In this document: in pieces, positions 17,494 through 27,251 of the stretch | Layout of the letters: the number at the start of each line of letters is the position of its first letter | Position numbering within the stretch: position 1 is the stretch's first letter | Assembly (NCBI GenBank): GCA_963707635.1 | Contig: OY970173.1 | Coordinates: 2,784,001-2,848,000, forward strand | DNA length: 64,000 nucleotides | Direction: 5' to 3' | Origin: Candidatus Latescibacterota bacterium | GTDB lineage: Bacteria > Krumholzibacteriota > Krumholzibacteriia > WVZY01 > JAKEHA01 | Program-made: the position numbers and the translations under genes | The notes under the pieces: model-generated | The model's database searches: none | Told to the model about the DNA's origin: nothing | The model's input: the letters and a program-made list of their open reading frames with translations, nothing else

Positions 17494-20385
17494 ATGATCA
17501 ACATCTCGACGCCCCTTGCGCGTACCCTCACGCACCTGCCGACGCTGGTGCTGCTCGTTGCCTTTCCTCAATTATCTGCCGGCCAGACCGCCCTCTCACC
17601 CACAAGAGACGTCACTCTCTTCGACCCGCAGTGTGAAAAAGCGAGCGGGTCCGGAGACTATTTGTTTGCGGGGAACACGAACGGACAGGGCCGGCGTCGC
17701 GCGTTGTTGCACTTCGACATTGCCGGGAGTCTGCCGCCCGGCGCCGTGATCCAGAGTGTCACGCTGACCTTGCACATGTCGCAGACCAATACCGGGACGC
17801 GCACCTTCACTCTCCACCGACTGCAGCAGGACTGGGGGGAAGGAGCCTCCAATTCGGGGTCTCCCGGAGGGGGCGGCGGCCCGGCCCTGAATAATGACGC
17901 GACCTGGTGCTACCGCTTCTACAACCAGGGTGATCCCGGCGCTTCTCCCGTGTGGTCGCCCTACGGCGGCGAGTTCGACACCACGGCGAGCGCGTCGGCG
18001 GGCGTGGACGGAGTCGACTTCTACTCATGGACGTCGCCGCAGATGGTCGCCGACGTGCAGAGCTGGCTCGACAATCCTGCCTCCAACTTCGGCTACATCC
18101 TGATCGGGCAGGAGGGCACCTTGCAGACCGCGAAGCGCTTCGACTCGCGCACGAACCCGACGATCAACCTGCGCCCCGTACTGCTGGTTGAGTACGGCCC
18201 CCCGCCCGCGCCACCGGAGGTCGCGGTGCTGTCCCCCAACGGAGGCGGAACGGTCACGGCCAACACGGGGACCCTCGCCCAGTGGACGGCAACCGACGCG
18301 AGCGGAATTGCCAGGATCGACCTGTACGTTTCGATCGACAACGGGCTCTCGTTCGACCGGGTTGCGATCGATCTTCCCCATACCGGATCGTACACATGGT
18401 TTCCCGCCAATCGCCCCACGACGCAGGCTCGGTTCCGTGTCGTCGCGACTGACAACACCAGTGTCAGCAATCAGGACGACAGCGATATGCCGTTCACCAT
18501 TCTCTCTCCGCCGGGCGGCATCGTGCCCACGACGCTGCGCGACTTCGATCAGCCCGGCACGCAGCCGTTCGACGCGGGCAAGCTCAAGGACCCCGAGAAC
18601 TGTGCCACCTGCCACAGCGGCTACGGACAGACCGCGGTGGAGCCCTACTACAACTGGCAGGGCAGCATGATGGCCAATGCATCGCTCGATCCCCTGTTCG
18701 AGGCAGCGCTGGCGATCGCGAACCAGGACGCACCGGATTCCGGCGATCTCTGCCTGCGATGTCACAACAGCCGCGGCTGGCTGGGCGGCCGCTCGATTCC
18801 GACCAGTGGGACGCAGATGGCCGACCAGGACAAGATTGGCGTTTCGTGCAACCTTTGTCATCGCATGGTCGACCCGATCGCCAACGCGGAGAATCCGGCC
18901 GAGGATGCCGCCGTCCTCGCCGCGCTCGATGAAGTTCCCGCCGAGTTCGGCACCGGCATGTACGTCGTCGACCCGAATGAGTCGGCTCGCCGCGGTCCTT
19001 TTGCCGATGCGGCCAGTGGTCACCCGATACTGGTTTCGCCGTTCCACCGCGAAGCGGCGCTGTGCGGAACGTGCCACAACGTCAGCAACCCGGCGTTCAC
19101 TCGCGATGCGGGCGGCAATTACGTGCCCAACGCGTTCGATACGCCCGCGCCCAGCTTCTCGCCGGACTCCATCATGGCGGTCGAGCGCACGTACAGCGAG
19201 TGGTTGTTCAGCGCGTACAACACCCCGGGCGGCGTGTACGCGCCCGAGTTCGGAGGCAACAAGACCTACGTCTCGACCTGTCAGGATTGCCACATGCGGG
19301 ATGTCACCGGCAAAGGCTGCAACAACGTCGCCGCGCCGGTCCGGTCGGACCTGCCGCTGCACGACCTGACGGGTGGAAGCACCTGGATACCCGGACTCCT
19401 GAGCACACTGCACCCGACGGTGGCCAACGACGCCGCGCTCCAGGACGGAATCATTCGGGCGCGCTACATGCTCCAGAACGCGACCGAGTTGTCACTCGTA
19501 TCGGCCGACTCACTGCTCAGAGTGCGCGTGACAAACCAGACGGGGCACAAGCTGCCAACCGGCTATCCGGAAGGCCGCCGCGTCTGGCTCAACGTGAAGT
19601 TCTACGACCAGTCCATGGCCCTCGTCGGCGAGTCCGGGGCGTACGACGCAAGTACCGGGGTACTCACGCATGATGCCGAAGCCAAGATCTACGAGATCGA
19701 GCCCGCCACGAATGGTATTCCCGGAGTTCCGGACGGCTCCCGGTTTCATTTCGTCCTGAACAACACCGTGCTCAAGGATAATCGCATCCCGCCGCGCGGT
19801 TTCACGAATGCTGCTTACGCTGCGTTTGGAGGCCCGCCGGTCGGACACGCCTATGCCGACAGCCAGTACTGGGACGACACGGAGTACGTCATCCCGACCG
19901 GCGCGGTGAAGGCCGAAGTGACGCTGTACTACCAGAGCACCTCGAAGGAGTACGTGGAGTTCCTGCGTGACCAGAACACCACGAACACCAGGGGACAGGA
20001 GATGTTTGACGTATGGAACAACAACGGCAAGTGCCCTCCCGAAGTAATGAACACCCTGTCGGTGGACTTCAACTTGACCGCGGTTGATGACAGCCCGGCG
20101 CCCGTGACGCGTCTGGGTCAGAATTACCCGAATCCGTTTAACCCGAGCACGTCGATCCAGTATTCCATCGGCGAACGAGGACACGTCACGTTGCGGGTGT
20201 ACGACGTGGCTGGACGGCTGGTGCGCACACTCGTGGACGCGGACCGCGCGCCCGAGGCCGGCTGGCTGAGCGTTACCTGGGACGGCAGGAACGATACCGG
20301 CGAGCCGGTGTCCAGCGGATTGTACTTCTACCGCCTGACGGTAAACGGCCACCGGGAAACCAGAAAGATGGTGCTTCTGCGATAG
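17494..20385 (+). CDS. Secreted multiheme (5x CxxCH) c-type cytochrome with N-terminal DNRLRE-like domain, Ig-like domain and FlgD-Ig CTD
   Basis: CATCH, CLRCH, CNLCH, CGTCH, CQDCH; 'GHKLPTGYPEGRR'; 'RRALLHFD'; 'NYPNPFNP...RKMVLLR'. Confidence 0.85.
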   Translation: MINISTPLARTLTHLPTLVLLVAFPQLSAGQTALSPTRDVTLFDPQCEKASGSGDYLFAGNTNGQGRRRALLHFDIAGSLPPGAVIQSVTLTLHMSQTNTGTRTFTLHRLQQDWGEGASNSGSPGGGGGPALNNDATWCYRFYNQGDPGASPVWSPYGGEFDTTASASAGVDGVDFYSWTSPQMVADVQSWLDNPASNFGYILIGQEGTLQTAKRFDSRTNPTINLRPVLLVEYGPPPAPPEVAVLSPNGGGTVTANTGTLAQWTATDASGIARIDLYVSIDNGLSFDRVAIDLPHTGSYTWFPANRPTTQARFRVVATDNTSVSNQDDSDMPFTILSPPGGIVPTTLRDFDQPGTQPFDAGKLKDPENCATCHSGYGQTAVEPYYNWQGSMMANASLDPLFEAALAIANQDAPDSGDLCLRCHNSRGWLGGRSIPTSGTQMADQDKIGVSCNLCHRMVDPIANAENPAEDAAVLAALDEVPAEFGTGMYVVDPNESARRGPFADAASGHPILVSPFHREAALCGTCHNVSNPAFTRDAGGNYVPNAFDTPAPSFSPDSIMAVERTYSEWLFSAYNTPGGVYAPEFGGNKTYVSTCQDCHMRDVTGKGCNNVAAPVRSDLPLHDLTGGSTWIPGLLSTLHPTVANDAALQDGIIRARYMLQNATELSLVSADSLLRVRVTNQTGHKLPTGYPEGRRVWLNVKFYDQSMALVGESGAYDASTGVLTHDAEAKIYEIEPATNGIPGVPDGSRFHFVLNNTVLKDNRIPPRGFTNAAYAAFGGPPVGHAYADSQYWDDTEYVIPTGAVKAEVTLYYQSTSKEYVEFLRDQNTTNTRGQEMFDVWNNNGKCPPEVMNTLSVDFNLTAVDDSPAPVTRLGQNYPNPFNPSTSIQYSIGERGHVTLRVYDVAGRLVRTLVDADRAPEAGWLSVTWDGRNDTGEPVSSGLYFYRLTVNGHRETRKMVLLR

Positions 20386-20662
20386 CCGTTGGCCGGGGTT
20401 GTTTTACCAGGTGCCGGCGCCTATCTCGATGACGTAGCGCAGCGTATCGATCTCGAAGAATCCGTTTCCCACAGCGTCGGAGATTAGCAGGAGCACGACG
20501 AGCGCGAGGAGAAAACAACCCCGGCGCGGGCGATATGACTGCGACCTCTGTCATGTCGATGAATCATGATCCGCGCGAGTCTAGCCGACCTGACCTGTAC
20601 GCGTGGAGAAACTTTGAAGATGACCCGGGACGGAGGCGTGCAACGGCGTCTATACTGCGGAC

Positions 20663-21453
20663 GTGACCCACACTCGTTCGATTGCCGCCGCCCAGACGAT
20701 ACCGGTCCGCGGTGACGTGGACACGAACATCGAGCGTCACATCCGACTGGTTCATGCCGCAGCGGAGGAGCGCGCGCGAGTTCTCGTCTTTCCTGAATTG
20801 TCGCTGACGGGCTATGAGCTCGATCTCGCCGGCGAGTTGGCCTTTTCGGAGAACGATCCACGCCTGGCCCCTCTCGTCGAGGCGGCGGCGTCCTGTGCCA
20901 TGACCCTCGTCGTCGGAGCGCCGGTGAGGATTGATACGCGGCTCTACATCGGGGCGTTCATCGTGTCTCCGGACCGCGCTCTCGACCTCTATACGAAGCA
21001 GCGCCTGGGGGCGTTCTCGGACAGCGCGAAAGTCGACGGCATCGTGCCGCCTGCCGAAGCGACCTTTTTCTTCCCGGTGACCGGAACCCACTCGTCCAGG
21101 TCGATGGTCATACCGCGGCGGTCGCGGTGTGCGCCGATACCGGCCGCCCGTCCCATCCGCAGGCGGCGGCGGATCGCGGTGCCAGGACCTACCTGGCGAG
21201 CATGTTCGTAATTCCGTCCGAGTTCGAAAGAGAGGCCGCCAACCTTGGCGCCTACGCCGCGCGGCACACGATGGCTGTCGTCTTCGCGAACTACGGCGGT
21301 CCATCGGGTGGACTCGCTTCCGGCGGACGAAGCGCCATCTGGTCCGAAAAGGGCGCACGGTTGGTTCAACTCGAGGCAAGCGGCGCCGGCGTCGCGGTCG
21401 CCACCGAAACTCCGGCGGGTTGGCGTGCCCGCACGATCACCATCGCACGATGA
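20663..21453 (+). pseudogene. Carbon-nitrogen hydrolase (nitrilase superfamily); frameshifted near 21073
   Basis: 'FPELSLTGY' and 'YTKQRL' in one frame; 'AVAVCAD', 'FANYGG...GRSAIW' in the -1 frame; one base is missing in TTTTTCTTCCCGGT. Confidence 0.82.
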
Positions 21454-21908
21454 CGCCGGAGGAAAAAGAGAGGGCCGGCCCGAACGGCGCCGGCCCTCGC
21501 ACGGCACGCGATTCGCGCGCGAACTCCTGCTATCGATACAGGCTCTTGACCTGACCCCACGTCGCCGGTTGCACGGGCAACGGGCCGGTCAGGTACTCCC
21601 CGCTGAGTGAACGTCCGCTGGATCGTCGAGTTGCACTTTCGCGACATCCCTGCAAACTAACGCCCTTCGATGGCCATCCCAAGCCTCCGATTCACGCCGA
21701 GGCCATCCCGGGCCCCACACCACCCGGCACAACGTGATATCCCGCTCCCCCGTGATCCCCGACCGCATCAACCTGGCACACGCCATGCGGCATTACCGGC
21801 GTTTGCCAAAATCACCAAACGCCGATGCGCCGGTTGATTCCACTCCGCCGGCGCTGGCTCACATGAAATCTGCTTGGTGAGTGTGTTCGCCAACAGGGGG
21901 ATAGCACG

Positions 21909-23201
21909 ATGAGCTTCAATGATCCCATGCTTCGCGCGATTGTGAGCGTCGTCGCGTTTCCAATGCTGTTTCAGAGTGCGCTCATAGCCTTCGCCTGGGG
22001 CGCCGGAGACGATACCTGGCTCCTGGTCGCCAAGCGGATATTCATGCTCCTTCCGGTTTCCGCGGTCGTGGTCGCGTGCTGGGCGAGCGTCCTCTCGGTG
22101 GTGTCCATCCCGGTCCGGAGCGCGCGCCAGGAGTTCACCACCGCGTTGTTCGTGACGTGGTGGGACCTCGGCAAGTCGGTGCTGTCGTTCTGGGGCGGCG
22201 CGTTTCGCTTCGCCGTGGAACTGCTGCTGGCTATCCTGGCGGTCGGACGTGTGGGTGCTTTCGCGGTGTGGGCGCTCATCCACGACATGCTCATGCTGCC
22301 GTTTGCGTTCCTGCGTCACGTGGCCGGCAACGTCGTACGCTCGCCGATACCGTGGATCGCGGTCACGCTGACGCTGGCCTGGTGCGCGATCGAGACGACG
22401 ATCTTCACCTACGTCATGTCGCCGGTGGTCATCGACACCTTCTCGAACATCACCGGTGAAACGTTCAAGGAAAGCTTCATACGCGTGCCGCTATTCCTGT
22501 TCCTGTTCTTCGTGGTCATGGGAAGCTATGCGGTGCTGTCGACCTTCGTCGATGCGATCAAGGGCCGGAGCTTCCAGCAGATCGCGGGCATCCTGGTCAT
22601 CGAGTGCGTCGTGATCTTCGTCGAGGTCATGTTCCTCTACCGCGAGTTCGTCGACGCGCTGGTGCCCTGGTTCGCCCAGTACTCGTCCAACTTCGAGCTC
22701 GGCATCTACGGCACCATCGGGATCGCGTGCTTCGCATGGTTCGGTATCCGGAGTCTTTCGTGGTTCCTGTTTGCCGCCCATGGCACGCCGACCATCATGG
22801 CGGTCATCCAGGGGCGCGGCCTTGAATCCTGGGAAGCCGTTGCGCCGCAGCGCGCGCGCATCTTCGAGATTACCAACGCGTACTGGACGCGGATGCATCA
22901 GGACGCAGCCTGGATCCGGCAGCGCGGCGACTCCCTGCTATCGTCGTTCATGCTGCCGCCGCTGCAGGTCGTGGCGGCCGCCATCAACTTCTGCACGCTC
23001 GCCTTGTTGAGCAAGCATCTGTTCTCCCTGCCGTTCGAGAATCTGAACGCGATCCGCTACTCGGAGACGATGATTCGCGACTTCAAGAAGCGCTCGGGCT
23101 TCCACGCTCCGTCGTCAACCACCACTCGCGGGCACGACGTGAGACGGCTCGATCCCGACATGGACCCGGATGCTGCCACGTTGACGGCAGGTCGCTCGTA
23201 A
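21909..23201 (+). CDS. Hypothetical polytopic membrane protein
   Basis: 430-aa ORF with many hydrophobic segments; GGGGG RBS-like site; codon usage matches the window. Confidence 0.75.
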   Translation: MSFNDPMLRAIVSVVAFPMLFQSALIAFAWGAGDDTWLLVAKRIFMLLPVSAVVVACWASVLSVVSIPVRSARQEFTTALFVTWWDLGKSVLSFWGGAFRFAVELLLAILAVGRVGAFAVWALIHDMLMLPFAFLRHVAGNVVRSPIPWIAVTLTLAWCAIETTIFTYVMSPVVIDTFSNITGETFKESFIRVPLFLFLFFVVMGSYAVLSTFVDAIKGRSFQQIAGILVIECVVIFVEVMFLYREFVDALVPWFAQYSSNFELGIYGTIGIACFAWFGIRSLSWFLFAAHGTPTIMAVIQGRGLESWEAVAPQRARIFEITNAYWTRMHQDAAWIRQRGDSLLSSFMLPPLQVVAAAINFCTLALLSKHLFSLPFENLNAIRYSETMIRDFKKRSGFHAPSSTTTRGHDVRRLDPDMDPDAATLTAGRS

Positions 23202-23233
23202 CGAACGTGGTTTCATCCAGCGGGAGGAAGAAC

Positions 23234-24013
23234 ATGAAGCGGAACTTCGCACTCATCGTCCCGATCGTGCTCCTTCTCGGCGTTGCCGCGTTGACCGGGT
23301 GTGACGTCGCCGGCGGGGCCGAGTCGGACACGCCGAGACAGTCGCTGTTCATCGGCGTCGACATAAGCGGCTCGTTCATGAATGGGGGAAACTTCAACGA
23401 CTCCCTCGAGTTTCTCTCCTATTACATCTACGGCCACCTCAACGGGGCCGGCGGCATGGAGCGCCCGAACGCGTTGTTCGTGAGCTCGATCGGAGGGGCA
23501 CGAGAGGGAGAGCCCAAGACGTTTTTCCCGATCCAGACCTTCGAGAACAAGTCCGTGGAGGAGATTCATGCGACGCTCCTTGACATGTTCCCGAAGGAGA
23601 GCCCCAATCCGTTCACGGACTACAACGCGTTCTTTGAACAGGTGGCGTTTACCGTTCGCAGCAAGAACCTGGTGCTTCGCCCGATCACGATCGTCATGGT
23701 GAGCGACGGCGTGCCGGACGTGTCGCGGGGCACGAAGTTCGAGTACGCAGCGGTCGAGCTCAAGCCGCTGGAGAGGCTGGCGAGGAACGTCACCGTGCGG
23801 CTGCTGTATACGGATGCCGTCGTCGGCAAGAGCTGGCAGACCGGAGTGAGCCGCAAGCGGGTCAAAGTCTGGACCCAGGACGCGGTGGTCATGCGCTCCT
23901 GGAAGGACCCGAAGATCATGGTCGCGGACGTTCCCTTCGGCGAACAGCCGCATTTCTTCGACTGGGTAGACGACAATGTCGACTTCGGGGTCCGATCACA
24001 CCGGGTGAACTAG
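23234..24013 (+). CDS. Putative lipoprotein with vWA-like domain
   Basis: GGAGG RBS; lipobox 'LTGC'; MIDAS-like 'DISGS'...'TD'...'SDG'. Confidence 0.7.
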   Translation: MKRNFALIVPIVLLLGVAALTGCDVAGGAESDTPRQSLFIGVDISGSFMNGGNFNDSLEFLSYYIYGHLNGAGGMERPNALFVSSIGGAREGEPKTFFPIQTFENKSVEEIHATLLDMFPKESPNPFTDYNAFFEQVAFTVRSKNLVLRPITIVMVSDGVPDVSRGTKFEYAAVELKPLERLARNVTVRLLYTDAVVGKSWQTGVSRKRVKVWTQDAVVMRSWKDPKIMVADVPFGEQPHFFDWVDDNVDFGVRSHRVN

Positions 24014-24054
24014 CGGGCGGGCGGCAACGCGGACCAGCCAGTAGATCCGTTTCT

Positions 24055-24927
24055 TCATTTCCGCAGCCGGCCATGGATGGCGCGCGCAAAGCGCCCCGGT
24101 GCTTCCGGATCCCGCGCTAGAAACATGAGTGGCTCGAAGACCTCCAGCTCCATCAGCAGGAATCTTCCGTCCTTCACCACGCCATCCACGCGGGCATAGA
24201 CCGGCAAGGCCGGGGCGTGCGCAATGCACACGCGAGCCTGTGCCACCAGCGCCTCACTGACCTCCACGTCTTCGTCGGTTCCCCCGTACTGAAATTGTAC
24301 CCGGTACTCACCCGCCCGGGGTCGCTTGCGCACCGCGTGGCTGTAGTCTCCGTCGAAGAACAGCAGTGACAGCTCGCCCTCGAAAATCTCCGGCAGGAAC
24401 GGCTGCACCAGTACACCACGATCTACCAGAGTCTGCGTAATGTCGTCCGCGTAGCGTGGGAGCTCATCCAAACGAAAGCGATATGTGCGATAGCCGCCGC
24501 CACCGATCGTGGGCTTGACAACGATCTCGTTCCACCCGCGTTCTCGGGCCAGGGTGGCGATGTCGGCCTGCTCCTGCCGTGCGATGCAAATCGTTGGCAC
24601 GAGCTCGACGCCCTTGCGCGCCAAGTCCTGCAGATAACTCTTGTCGAAATTCCAATCGAGAATCTCCCCCGAGTTGCACATCAAGACACCGCTCGCGATG
24701 CGGGCGTCGAGCCAGCTGCGGAACTCGGCCGCGCGTTCGAAATAATCCCAGGGCGTGCGCATGACCAGCGCGTCGAAGGACGTCCAGTCGATGTCGGCAC
24801 GGCTCCACACCGCGGGAACCGCGCTGATACCAATATCTTCGAGCGCGGAGACCAACAAGAGGTCATCCTCGTAGAGCAATGAATACTTCTCACAGGTCAC
24901 AAGGGCAACGCGAGGCTTGGACGCCAT
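24055..24927 (-). CDS. ATP-grasp ligase (glutathione synthetase/RimK-like)
   Basis: 'RTPWDYF', 'WNFDKSYL', 'VVKPTIGGG', 'LVQPFL', 'YARVDGV', 'LMELEVFEP'. Confidence 0.88.
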   Translation of the reverse strand: MASKPRVALVTCEKYSLLYEDDLLLVSALEDIGISAVPAVWSRADIDWTSFDALVMRTPWDYFERAAEFRSWLDARIASGVLMCNSGEILDWNFDKSYLQDLARKGVELVPTICIARQEQADIATLARERGWNEIVVKPTIGGGGYRTYRFRLDELPRYADDITQTLVDRGVLVQPFLPEIFEGELSLLFFDGDYSHAVRKRPRAGEYRVQFQYGGTDEDVEVSEALVAQARVCIAHAPALPVYARVDGVVKDGRFLLMELEVFEPLMFLARDPEAPGRFARAIHGRLRK

Positions 24928-24949
24928 TTGAGGGTGCTTCTGCGACAGG

Positions 24950-26014
24950 TTACTTGCGTGAAGTGCGATAGAGCGCCTTGATCTCGCTCATGGTTGCCGT
25001 CTTCGTCGCGACCGTCGCGATCGACCGGCGCCACAGCCCGTCTACGCGGGCTGCATACAGCATGTTATCGTGCGTGGCCAGGCCAAGTATAAAGGCAAAC
25101 GGCAGCACGTCGAGAATCTGCCAACTGGCGCCGTTGTCGTGACTGTACTCGATTGCGGCGAAGGTGGGCGTTCCGAAGGACGCCAACACATCGGGCTGCC
25201 GAATCGCGAACGCGACGTTAACGAGCGGACCGAGCCCAACATCCAAAAACGTCCACGGTGATTGCCCCTGGGGGCTGTGGAATACTCCCTTGTTTGTGCC
25301 GACCACCCATCGGCTTCCGGTCCATATCGCGGTGAATGCCGAGGTCCCTGGAGACAGCGCCACGTTCTTGAGCCAAGAGTCCGTCCAGTCGCTCTCGCCG
25401 GGATCGCGGAAGAACACCATGCCGTTGGAACCTGCGCAAGCGAGAAGCCGCGTTCCGCCCTCGGTTATGCTGCTCATGTTCGAGGCCTGATTCGGTTCGA
25501 ACACCTCTCCAAAGTGGCTCCACGATCCAGCACCGGCGAGGTTTCGCAACCACGGTCCGTCGCCCGCGGTCGCAGCGTACAGTTTGTTGTCGCTCACCAA
25601 GAGATCGACAATGAAAAGTTGCGTGTTGAGAATCCCGCCGACGAGACCCTGGTTGAACCCGAGCCACGTGTCACCAAGGTCGTCGCTGACGAACACACCC
25701 TGCCCGAAGGTCCCCGCATAAAGCCGTCCATTGCGCACTCGGGCTGCCTGCACCGACGTCACACCCGCCGCCACCACGGCGGAACCCTTCCACATGACAC
25801 CCCCGTCGGTGCTGACATAGACGACGCTGTCGGCGGTCGCGATGACGGTGTCGCCATTCGCCCACACCGAAAAGATGGTGGTGGCGGGCACCTCCGACAC
25901 GGGCGACCACTGGGCCGCGGCGGGCGCCGCCGCCGCGAGGAAGACGGCGGCAACGATGTTCCAACAAGTGACGAACCGAAGAAGAAGTGAGTTCTTCATT
26001 TGGTGCACAAACAT
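24950..26014 (-). CDS. Secreted beta-propeller (BNR/Asp-box-like) protein with C-terminal 'IKALYR' tail
   Basis: Signal peptide ending AAA-QW; 'STDGGVMW', 'SDDLGDTW', 'SHDNGASW' Asp-boxes; start could be 25999. Confidence 0.75.
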   Translation of the reverse strand: MFVHQMKNSLLLRFVTCWNIVAAVFLAAAAPAAAQWSPVSEVPATTIFSVWANGDTVIATADSVVYVSTDGGVMWKGSAVVAAGVTSVQAARVRNGRLYAGTFGQGVFVSDDLGDTWLGFNQGLVGGILNTQLFIVDLLVSDNKLYAATAGDGPWLRNLAGAGSWSHFGEVFEPNQASNMSSITEGGTRLLACAGSNGMVFFRDPGESDWTDSWLKNVALSPGTSAFTAIWTGSRWVVGTNKGVFHSPQGQSPWTFLDVGLGPLVNVAFAIRQPDVLASFGTPTFAAIEYSHDNGASWQILDVLPFAFILGLATHDNMLYAARVDGLWRRSIATVATKTATMSEIKALYRTSRK

Positions 26015-26026
26015 GGTTGGTGGCCG

Positions 26027-26515
26027 CTACGGGACCCAGCCGGGCAGGGCCGCCGCTTGCCGGATCCAGGTCGTCATCCGCGCCTCGTCGAGCGGGTCGT
26101 TCTCATGGATATCGAGGTAGCGCACTTCGTCGTGCTTGGACTTGCCGGGGGGCAAAGGACGCAGTGACGTGCCGCGGAAGAAAGCCACTTTGACGTACTT
26201 CGTGAAGCAATGAATGCTGAGGAACCAGCCCTGGCCCTCGATGCCATAGAAGGGCGAGTTCCACTTGACCGCCTTGCGCACGTTGGGGGCGGTGCGCACG
26301 ATGAGCGCGTCGAGCCGGCGCCCGACGTCGCGTTTCCAGCCCGGCATGGCCGCGATGTAGGCCTGCACCGGGGCGTCGCCGTCGGCCTTCGCGATCTGAG
26401 GGTTGCCGCCTGCAAGCAGGGTCGGCTTCGCGGCCCTGGTCGCCTTCGCAGCGCCCCGCGTGGCGGCAGCCTTCTTTCCGACCTTCGCGGACTTCCTGGA
26501 TGCCTTGCTCGCCAT
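26027..26515 (-). CDS. DUF1801 (YdhG-like) domain protein
   Basis: 'LLAGGNPQIAKADG', 'KAVKWNSPFYG', 'VAFFRGTSL'. Confidence 0.85.
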   Translation of the reverse strand: MASKASRKSAKVGKKAAATRGAAKATRAAKPTLLAGGNPQIAKADGDAPVQAYIAAMPGWKRDVGRRLDALIVRTAPNVRKAVKWNSPFYGIEGQGWFLSIHCFTKYVKVAFFRGTSLRPLPPGKSKHDEVRYLDIHENDPLDEARMTTWIRQAAALPGWVP

Positions 26516-26570
26516 TGTCTTTCCTCCCGGACTGCGGTGACTTCGACCTGCGCGAATTGCAGCTCAGAGT

Positions 26571-27065
26571 CTACCGTTTCTTCGCCGGCGGGCCGTTCAG
26601 GGCCACCGCGACTTTCACGAGCGCCTTGAACGCCGCGGCGTCGACCTTCTCCCCTTCGTGGATGTCGATCGCCCTTCGCGTGTTGCCTTCCAGGCTGGAA
26701 TTGAAGAGGCGCGATGGGTCCGGGATCCTGGCCCCCCGCGCGAACGTGAGCTTCACGACCTTCGTGTACATCTCCCCTGTACAGACGATGCCGTTGTGCG
26801 ACCAGACCGGGACCCCCGCCATCGCATTCGACGGCTTCCTCCATTTCTGTTCCTCGATCATGTCGGGGTCGGCCGCCAGGATCAGCGCCCGCATGCGGGC
26901 CAGGGTCTCCTCGCGCCAATCCCCCAGGTCGCCGGTCCGCCGGTCGATGACCCGGGAAGTGGGTTTTCGGGTCGCGCCTGCCTTGGGCGTAGCTTTGGGC
27001 TTGGTGGCCCGCTTGCGTGGTTGGCTTGAGCGCGACGTGCCACTCCGCCTTGGTTTTGGCGCCAT
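26571..27065 (-). CDS. DUF1801 (YdhG-like) domain protein
   Basis: 'DWREETLARMRALI', 'GVPVWSHNGIVCTGE', 'FNSSLEGNTRRAIDI'; AAGGAG RBS before MAPK. Confidence 0.85.
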   Translation of the reverse strand: MAPKPRRSGTSRSSQPRKRATKPKATPKAGATRKPTSRVIDRRTGDLGDWREETLARMRALILAADPDMIEEQKWRKPSNAMAGVPVWSHNGIVCTGEMYTKVVKLTFARGARIPDPSRLFNSSLEGNTRRAIDIHEGEKVDAAAFKALVKVAVALNGPPAKKR

Positions 27066-27170
27066 GGCCAATTCTCCTTTCGTGAGGGGGTGATACGGCC
27101 TTTCGTCATGCTCCGCCAGGTTCGCGCCCGAATCATACCACGTACAGCCGTTGCCACGGCGGGCACGGGA

Positions 27171-27245
27171 GCGGGAGCGCAACGAATCACGTGGGATGGC
27201 CGCAACGACGACTGGTTAGGCGTGGCGTCCGGCGTGTACTTACGC
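27171..27245 (+). pseudogene. Orphan remnant of a FlgD-Ig CTD
   Basis: Translates as 'AGAQRITWDGRNDDWLGVASGVYLR', matching the CTDs of other proteins in the window; no upstream body. Confidence 0.6.
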
Positions 27246-27251
27246 CGAGGA

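Noticed and set aside
21060..21080. Programmed -1 frameshift in the nitrilase gene
   Set aside because: No in-frame X XXY YYZ heptamer or obvious stimulatory structure; other indels in the window favour sequencing error.
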